Positions 58,019 to 64,000 of a stretch of 64,000 bases of DNA are shown piece after piece (positions within the stretch are counted from its first letter, which is position 1; every line of letters begins with the position of its first letter). A program made the position numbers and the translations under genes. Source of the stretch: an uncultured Thermoleophilia bacterium (GTDB taxonomy: Bacteria > Actinomycetota > Thermoleophilia > UBA2241); the NCBI GenBank assembly GCA_963702475.1, contig CAVPCT010000004.1:437101-501100 (forward strand), read 5' to 3'. The notes below the pieces were generated by a model. It was not told the origin of the DNA and ran no database searches. It was given only the letters and a program-made list of their open reading frames with translations.

Positions 58019-58966
58019 ATGCACTTGAAGATGCCGTTCAGGACTCGTGTTGAGCCCGGCAACGAGGCGCGGCGCGATGCGTCGTGGGGCTTTCGTGAGG
58101 GCGACGAGATCGTCACTGGGCGCCACGTCGTGCGCCTGCTGGGCGGCGGGGTCCGCTTCGAGGCGTACCTCGCCTGGGACGATCAGCTCCTCGCGCTCGT
58201 GGTCGCCAAGATCCTCCGCCCCGATCAGGTCGATGAGCCGGTGGCCCTCGCGGCGATCGCCGCCGAGGCTCGTGTGCTCGAGAGCCTGCGGCACCCCGTG
58301 ATCGTGCGCTCGTTCGACGCCGTCGTCGACGGGGCCCGGCCGCATCTCCTGCTCGAGTACCTCGATGGCCCGCATCTCTCGACATTGCTGCGTACGTCCG
58401 CGATCTCGATCGAGCAGGTGCTCCCACTCGGGCTGCAGCTGTGCTCGGCGGTGCACTACATGGGCACGCAAGACGTCGTCCACCTGGACGTCAAGCCGCG
58501 CAACATCATCATGACCGGGCCGCCGCGGCTCATCGACTTCAGCCTCGCCCTGGGGACCGACGAGCTCGCCCGTGTCTCGTCACCGATCGGCACACCGAAG
58601 TACATGGCTCCGGAGCAGTGCGACCCTGCCCGCTTCCGCCAGCTTGGGAGCGCCGCCGACGTGTGGGGCATCGGCGTGACGCTTTACTGGGCGCTCGCGC
58701 AGCGCTCCCCGTTCCCGGCGCCGTCATCAGATGAGAGTGCTCCGCTTGAGGAACGCTACCCCCAGATCGTGCACGGGCCGGCGCCGCTCCCGCCCGACGT
58801 GTCTCCGGCGCTCGCCGAGCTCGTCGAGACGACGCTCGCGCCGCGTCCCGCGGACCGCCCTACGGCAGGGCAGGTCGCGGCCGAGTTGGAGCCGCTCGTG
58901 GCGGCGCTCCCGAGCCCTCGGCTTGGCCGGTTCCGCGTGAGTACGAAGAAAGGGGTGCGACGGTGA
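58019..58966 (+). CDS. Ser/Thr protein kinase (Hanks-type, kinase domain only)
   Basis: VVAK, E, HLDVKPRN, DFS, GTPKYMAPE, DVWGIG, DRP. Confidence 0.9.
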   Translation: MHLKMPFRTRVEPGNEARRDASWGFREGDEIVTGRHVVRLLGGGVRFEAYLAWDDQLLALVVAKILRPDQVDEPVALAAIAAEARVLESLRHPVIVRSFDAVVDGARPHLLLEYLDGPHLSTLLRTSAISIEQVLPLGLQLCSAVHYMGTQDVVHLDVKPRNIIMTGPPRLIDFSLALGTDELARVSSPIGTPKYMAPEQCDPARFRQLGSAADVWGIGVTLYWALAQRSPFPAPSSDESAPLEERYPQIVHGPAPLPPDVSPALAELVETTLAPRPADRPTAGQVAAELEPLVAALPSPRLGRFRVSTKKGVRR

Positions 58967-58988
58967 GAGCCTTCTCACCCCCGTCTCA
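58964..58988. promoter_or_regulatory. Operator-like motif, copy 2
   Basis: TGAGA GCCT TCTCA, then TCTCA at +11. Confidence 0.6.
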
Positions 58989-59053
58989 TCGCCGCTCCAT
59001 CTGTGGTCGGCATAGTGATGTCGACCCACAAACGCAGTGAAGGAGGCAACGAC

Positions 59054-59456
59054 ATGACCATCCGCTTGATCCTCGTCCTGACCGTGTTCGCACTTGTCCT
59101 CGGGGGGGTCGGCGCGGCATTTGTCCAGGCGCAGCCCAACGACTCCGGCTCACCGGTCGCCCCCGAGCCGCGGCGCAGAGCCGACCCGACAGACGCCCGA
59201 CCGCAAGGAGTCCAAACCCGCGAAGGCGTCCGCCAAGAGCGACGCCCGCCATGACGACGTCCAGTCCGAGCTCGAGGCCGTCGAAGCCAAGTCGGACGAC
59301 GACGGCCAAGGCGGTGACGACAACTCCCTTGCCAGCGCGCCCAGTGCCCCGAGTGCCGCCAGCGCGCCCAGTGCACCGAGTGCGGCCAGCGCTCCCAGTG
59401 CCGCTAGCGCTCCCAGCGCGGCCAGCGCCCCAAGCGCCGCCAGCAGCGATGACTGA
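59054..59456 (+). CDS. Secreted low-complexity protein with (Ser-Ala-Pro/Ala)12 tail; frameshift near 59170
   Basis: AGGAGG RBS and signal peptide MTIRLILVLTVFALVLGGVGAA in one frame; acidic and SAP/SAA region in the next frame. Confidence 0.6.
59334..59441 (+). repeat. Twelve 9-bp units encoding SAP/SAA
   Basis: AGY-GCN-(CCN/GCN) x12 with synonymous variation. Confidence 0.9.
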
Positions 59457-59501
59457 GACACCAGTCCATGGGGGAGCAGGTCTCACCAAGCCTCGAGGGT
59501 A

Positions 59502-59531
59502 CGAGAAGGGCGCCGGCAGGCGCCCTTCTCG
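59502..59531 (+). terminator. Hairpin after the SAP/SAA gene
   Basis: CGAGAAGGGCGCC-GGCA-GGCGCCCTTCTCG, 13-bp stem. Confidence 0.6.
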
Positions 59532-59584
59532 CGGCCCCAGCTTCTCCAAGAGGAGGACATTCTCCGCACGTGCGAGGCGACACA

Positions 59585-59609
59585 TGAGAAGACTCTCATG
59601 CACGTCTCA
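59585..59609. promoter_or_regulatory. Operator-like motif, copy 3
   Basis: TGAGA AGAC TCTCA, then TCTCA at +11. Confidence 0.6.
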
Positions 59610-59711
59610 TGATCACTTTAGTCACCAGAGGCAGACTACTCTGTGCAAGCACCACCTCCGCACGGCGGCGGGCTGGATAGCCCTGTCGGACTACGAATGG
59701 GAGGCACCCGA

Positions 59712-60041
59712 ATGACCCGCGTGCTCATCATCGCCGTCGCCGTCTTGCTGGTCCTCGCTGGTGTGGGCACTGCCCTCTCGAGTGCCCATGACCAGGACCC
59801 GGGGCCGGCAATCATGCTCTACGAGGATCCCGTCGACGACGCCAAGACCGGCCAAGACAAGGGCGGCGCTGACCGCGCCAAGGACGACGCGCAGCACGAT
59901 TACGAGGGTGCGAAAACGAGCTACGACGGCGACGACACGTTCACCGTCGCGCACCCGCAGCCCGTCGAGGCCGACGACGACGAGCCGGACGACGACGAGC
60001 CGGACGACGACGAGTCGGATGACGAGCCGGATGACGACTGA
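59712..60041 (+). CDS. Small secreted acidic protein with DDDEP repeats
   Basis: GGAGG RBS; signal peptide; 15-bp GACGACGACGAGCCG repeats at the C-terminus. Confidence 0.75.
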   Translation: MTRVLIIAVAVLLVLAGVGTALSSAHDQDPGPAIMLYEDPVDDAKTGQDKGGADRAKDDAQHDYEGAKTSYDGDDTFTVAHPQPVEADDDEPDDDEPDDDESDDEPDDD

Positions 60042-60146
60042 CCGCACGACGAGGCGTCGGGTGATTGAACGCCCTCTTCTCGCAGCCGGCTCTCACGCGA
60101 CCCACCCCGTCCCGGGACGGGTGCCACAAGGCCTTGGAGGGATGTG

Positions 60147-61790
60147 ATGGCTGCGTGTCCATCGTGCGGCCGAGACTCGACTGAGGGCGACCGGTTCTGC
60201 CGAGCCTGTGGCCACGAGCTTCCCGCGATGCCTCCTCCGGGGCGGCCGACCGGCAGATCCACGATCGTCGCGAGCTTCGCACCCACCACGGCTTGGGTCG
60301 GCAAGACGATCGCCTATGAGGACGGCCAGTTCGTCCTGGAGGGCCACGGCCCTATCACCCCCGAGGCGGTTCTCGAGCACGAGCGGCAAGGCCACCTGGT
60401 ATGGGCGTACGAGGGGCTACGGAAATGGGTGCAGGCGGTCGCTTTGCGCCCGGCCGTGCCAGTCCCTGCAGGCCGACCGGTCGAGAACGGTGCAGACACC
60501 CGGCCCTCGGCGACGGATGATGGGGCCACGGAGGCAGCCGGATCGGGGGTACGGCGTGAGGTCGTCGCCCTGCCGACCATCCTCCTGGCCGCCTTCGGTC
60601 TCGCCGCCGTGGCCGCGACGGTCGTCAAGGGCGGCTACATCCGCGACGGCGTCGGCATCGCCTGTGCGCTGATGGCCGGCGCCTTGGCTGTCCTTGGCAT
60701 CCTGAGCGTGGTCAGGCCGTCGATGCTCAGCCGGGGCGCATCTGCCCCTTCCCCCTCTGGTCGCTCATCAAGTCGGCTTCCGGTGATCCTCGCCTGCCTG
60801 TGCGCGGCGTTCCTGGCGCTCGCCGCTGTACTCTGGTGGCTGCCGCACTACCAGGTCATCGTTCCCGCCGACAGGCGCGTGGCGCTCGATGAGGCACCGG
60901 CGATGACCGTCACGGTGAAGAACCGCGGCCTCTTCCCGGGCACTTACAGGGCCGTCTACAAGCTCGCAGGTCAAGCGGTGTCCACAGTCCAAGTGCCGCT
61001 CAATCCCGGGGAAGAGCAGCCAGTCGCGCTGGCACTGCCTCCAAACAGTCCACGCGCCCCCTATCTGCTCGAGCTGGGCTCAGCGGAGATCCCGGTGGAG
61101 GTGGTCAGGCCGGCCGAGTTCCGCGTCGGGCCGCTCGAGGTCGATCCTTCGGTCGTCAAGGTCCGCCAGGCCGTGAAGGTGATCGCCTCCGTCAAGAACA
61201 TTGGCCGCATCACAGGCACCTTTCCGGGAGTCATGCTGGCCAACGGCCGAGAGGTAGACGCGCGACCCGCGGAGATCGGACCCGGACAGAGCACAACGCT
61301 TGCGTTCACCGTTTCGCAGAGCTCCCGAGGTCCCTGCCGTTTGCGGCTCGGCAACGCACGCAGGACCGTCATGGTGGTGCGACCGGTGCGGCCGCGAAAC
61401 GGCCAGGTGCTCCGTCGCCGGATCCACGGCGGGAGGGCGCACCTGACCATCAAGAACTCGAACGGGATCGATGCCATGTTCATCCTATCCAGGACCAAGT
61501 CGCCGAGGACTTCCGTTCTGGCGGTCTATGTGCGGAAACGCAGCAGCGCCACCGTCGGCAGCGTGCCCGATGGCCGCTACATCGCCTGGGACTGCATGGG
61601 TAGTGACTGGAACGCATACACGCGGGGCTTCCTCACCACTGGGGAGTACTCGCGGTGGCGCGACCCGCTCGTGTTCTCCACGACGCGCTCCCGGGGCCAT
61701 GTACGCTGGAGGAACTGGACGCTCACTCTGGGAAGTGGGGAGAGCGAGCAGGCCATCGTCACGTCGTCGCGCCGGTTCCCCAGACTGTAG
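60147..61790 (+). CDS. Zinc-ribbon membrane protein with CARDB/Ig-like extracellular domains
   Basis: CPSCG..FCRACG, three TMs, two VKN.G...G repeats. Confidence 0.75.
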   Translation: MAACPSCGRDSTEGDRFCRACGHELPAMPPPGRPTGRSTIVASFAPTTAWVGKTIAYEDGQFVLEGHGPITPEAVLEHERQGHLVWAYEGLRKWVQAVALRPAVPVPAGRPVENGADTRPSATDDGATEAAGSGVRREVVALPTILLAAFGLAAVAATVVKGGYIRDGVGIACALMAGALAVLGILSVVRPSMLSRGASAPSPSGRSSSRLPVILACLCAAFLALAAVLWWLPHYQVIVPADRRVALDEAPAMTVTVKNRGLFPGTYRAVYKLAGQAVSTVQVPLNPGEEQPVALALPPNSPRAPYLLELGSAEIPVEVVRPAEFRVGPLEVDPSVVKVRQAVKVIASVKNIGRITGTFPGVMLANGREVDARPAEIGPGQSTTLAFTVSQSSRGPCRLRLGNARRTVMVVRPVRPRNGQVLRRRIHGGRAHLTIKNSNGIDAMFILSRTKSPRTSVLAVYVRKRSSATVGSVPDGRYIAWDCMGSDWNAYTRGFLTTGEYSRWRDPLVFSTTRSRGHVRWRNWTLTLGSGESEQAIVTSSRRFPRL

Positions 61791-61921
61791 CGGCCGGAGG
61801 CTACAATCGACACAGCCGGACGACGACGGACGACGACCGACTGGACGACAAGGCGTCGCATGCGCGACTTAGACGCAGTCGAACGACGACGCGCGTGGTG
61901 GGAGTCTCGCGGAAGGGGGCG

Positions 61922-63439
61922 ATGGGCACGAGCAGGGACGCCACAGATCGCGGAGGTGCGTCGGGGGGAGTCGCTACGGGGGACTCCGAACGTAAGCCGC
62001 TCCTGCGCCAGCCCTCTCGTCTAGCCCTGACCGGCATCCGCACGCGCATCCTCTTGGGCTTCATCGTGATGCTCGCGATCGCTACCGTGGCGTCGGTCGT
62101 CGTCGCCCGCGAGGTGCTCCAGTCCAGGCTTCACGAGCGCATCGACAAAGACCTCGCCCAGGAGGCCAAGGAGCTGCGGAGGATCGCGGCCGGCAAGGAT
62201 CCCGCCACCGGCCGGCGTTTTGGCCAGAACGCGGACAGGATCTTCAGGGTCTACTTCGACCAGAACTCGCCGTCGACGGGCGAGGTCGTGCTCACGTTCG
62301 TCAAGGGAAGCCCGTTCTTGCGCAGCCGCTCACTCTCCTCCTCCTACCGGCTCGATGCCGATGCGCAGCTCGTCTCTCACTGGAAGCGCCTCGCGGCGCC
62401 AGAACGCGACAGCGTCGACACGCCCGCCGGGCGGGTTGAGTACCTTGCCGTTCCCCTGAGGGGCGACAGCCGGGTGCTCGGTACCTTCGTCGTCGCCGCT
62501 TTCACCGACGTGCTTCAGCACCCCTACAACGATGCGTTCGTCGCGGCCGGGGTCGTCGGCGTGGCGGTGCTCCTCATCGGCTCCCTGCTCGCCTGGCGCA
62601 TGGCCGAGAGCGTCCTGCGGCCAGTCAGCTCGCTGACGCAGATGGCGCAAAGCATCTCCGAGACAGACCTCGCGCAGCGGATCGAGGTGCGCGGCCACGA
62701 CGAGCTCGCCGGCCTCGCCGCTACCCTCAACGCCATGCTCGACCGGCTTGAACGGACCCTGTCGAGCCAGCGACGCTTCCTTGACGACGCGGGGCACGAG
62801 CTGCGTACTCCGATCACGATCATCCGTGGGCATCTCGAGCTGCTCGAGGACGACCCTGAGGAACGGCAGGCGACGTTGGCGCTCGTAATGGATGAACTCG
62901 ATCGCATGAGCCGCATGGTCAACGATCTCATCGTGCTCTCAAAGTCGGAGCGCCCCGACTTCCTCAAGCCCGAAGCCGTCGAGGTGGCGGGGCTGACGGA
63001 TGAGGTCCTGACCAAAGCGAGCGCGCTGGGAGCACGGGACTGGCGGCTCGATGCTCACGGCGACGGTGTCGTCACGGTGGACCGCCAGCGCCTCTCTCAG
63101 GCGCTTATGCAGCTCGCGCAGAACGCCGTCGAACACACGCAGGAAGGGGATAGGGTCTCGTTCGGGTCGGCAGTCGAGGATGGTGAAGCGCGCTTCTGGG
63201 TGCGCGACGACGGACCCGGCATCGCGCCGGCCGACCAGGAGAGGATCTTCGAGCGCTTCGAGCGCGGCGGAGCCAGAAAGCCCAGCGGCGGTTCCGGACT
63301 GGGTCTGTCGATCGTGCGCGCGATCGCCGAGGCGCACGGCGGCCGGGTAGAGTTGCTCAGCGGCCTCGGCGCGGGCGCGCTGTTCTCGATCGTGGTGCCC
63401 GTCGACGGGCCACGCCGTGTGAAGAAGGAGGAGCGGTGA
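61922..63439 (+). CDS. Sensor histidine kinase (HAMP)
   Basis: Two TMs, DELAGLAATLNAML, GHELRTP, QLAQNAV, DDGPGI, FERF, GSGLGLSIV. Confidence 0.93.
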   Translation: MGTSRDATDRGGASGGVATGDSERKPLLRQPSRLALTGIRTRILLGFIVMLAIATVASVVVAREVLQSRLHERIDKDLAQEAKELRRIAAGKDPATGRRFGQNADRIFRVYFDQNSPSTGEVVLTFVKGSPFLRSRSLSSSYRLDADAQLVSHWKRLAAPERDSVDTPAGRVEYLAVPLRGDSRVLGTFVVAAFTDVLQHPYNDAFVAAGVVGVAVLLIGSLLAWRMAESVLRPVSSLTQMAQSISETDLAQRIEVRGHDELAGLAATLNAMLDRLERTLSSQRRFLDDAGHELRTPITIIRGHLELLEDDPEERQATLALVMDELDRMSRMVNDLIVLSKSERPDFLKPEAVEVAGLTDEVLTKASALGARDWRLDAHGDGVVTVDRQRLSQALMQLAQNAVEHTQEGDRVSFGSAVEDGEARFWVRDDGPGIAPADQERIFERFERGGARKPSGGSGLGLSIVRAIAEAHGGRVELLSGLGAGALFSIVVPVDGPRRVKKEER

Positions 63440-64000
63440 GCCGCATCCTGATAGTCGAAGATGAGGAGCGCATCGCGTCCTTTCTCGTGAAGGGCCTCCG
63501 CGCGCAAGGCTACGCCACCGACGTCGCGACGACCGGCGGCGAAGGGCTGGCGCGCGCGCTGAGCGGCGACGTCGGCCTCATGATCCTCGACATCGGTCTG
63601 CCCGACCGGGACGGCTTCTCGGTCCTCAGGGAACTGCGTCAGCATGACCGGCGGCTCCCGGTGGTGATCCTCACTGCCCGCGACGACGTGGAGGACAAGG
63701 TCGTCGGCTTCGATGAAGGCGCCAACGATTACGTCACCAAGCCGTTCAAGTTCGACGAGCTCCTCGCGCGCGTGCGCGTCCGCCTGCGGGAGGGCGAACG
63801 ACCTCCTGAAGAGACCGTGCTGCGCGTCGGGGACTCGGCGCTCGATCTGCTCACGCGCCGCGCGCTGGTCGGGCAGAGGGACGTCGAGCTGAGCGCCCGC
63901 GAGTTCGCCCTCGCCGAGCTGTTCTTCCGCCACCCAGGTCAGGTGCTGAGCCGTGAGCAGATCCTCAGCAACGTCTGGGACTACGACTTCGACCCGAGCT
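63436..64000 (+). CDS. OmpR-family response regulator (runs off the window end)
   Basis: VSRILIVEDEERIASFL, ILDIGLPD, ILTARD, GANDYVTKPF, LSAREFAL, VLSREQIL; GTG overlaps the kinase stop. Confidence 0.92.
   Translation, partial: MSRILIVEDEERIASFLVKGLRAQGYATDVATTGGEGLARALSGDVGLMILDIGLPDRDGFSVLRELRQHDRRLPVVILTARDDVEDKVVGFDEGANDYVTKPFKFDELLARVRVRLREGERPPEETVLRVGDSALDLLTRRALVGQRDVELSAREFALAELFFRHPGQVLSREQILSNVWDYDFDPS

Overview
High-GC bacterial chromosomal window. The gene content and the many leaderless-type starts suggest Actinomycetota, plausibly Thermoleophilia (inference). 1-21 kb: L,D-transpeptidase, rfbACDB dTDP-rhamnose operon, HNH nuclease, rarA, a large acidic YtxH-type protein, an M28-like membrane protein divergent from an OmpR/BaeS-type two-component pair, HAD hydrolase, stand-alone trpB2 preceded by an unannotated Trp-rich leader peptide, REC-degenerate GGDEF-EAL protein, agmatinase, nitrilase-family amidase and proline iminopeptidase. 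21-49.5 kb: a large minus-strand Wzx/Wzy-type polysaccharide locus (Wzz, four GT4s, Wzy/ligase, Wzx, three ATP-grasp ligases, two deacetylases, MBOAT plus two SGNH-like proteins, DUF354, DegT aminotransferase). It contains a candidate structured RNA and a LysR-TauE-ComA-histidine phosphatase sulfur module. Four single-base insertions between 35.9 and 42.1 kb are probably sequencing errors. 49.5-56.7 kb: dedA, thrB, archease-rtcB, chorismate mutase, DUF151 nuclease, a secreted protein, a Phd-VapC toxin-antitoxin pair and tRNA-Ile(GAT). 56.7-64 kb: an accessory region with an atypical Ser/Thr kinase, two secreted low-complexity proteins and a two-component system; the kinase and both secreted-protein genes are preceded by the same TGAGA-N4-TCTCA operator-like motif. 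No CRISPR array, rRNA, transposase or integrase was seen. All product calls come from motifs recognised by eye; no database search was run.
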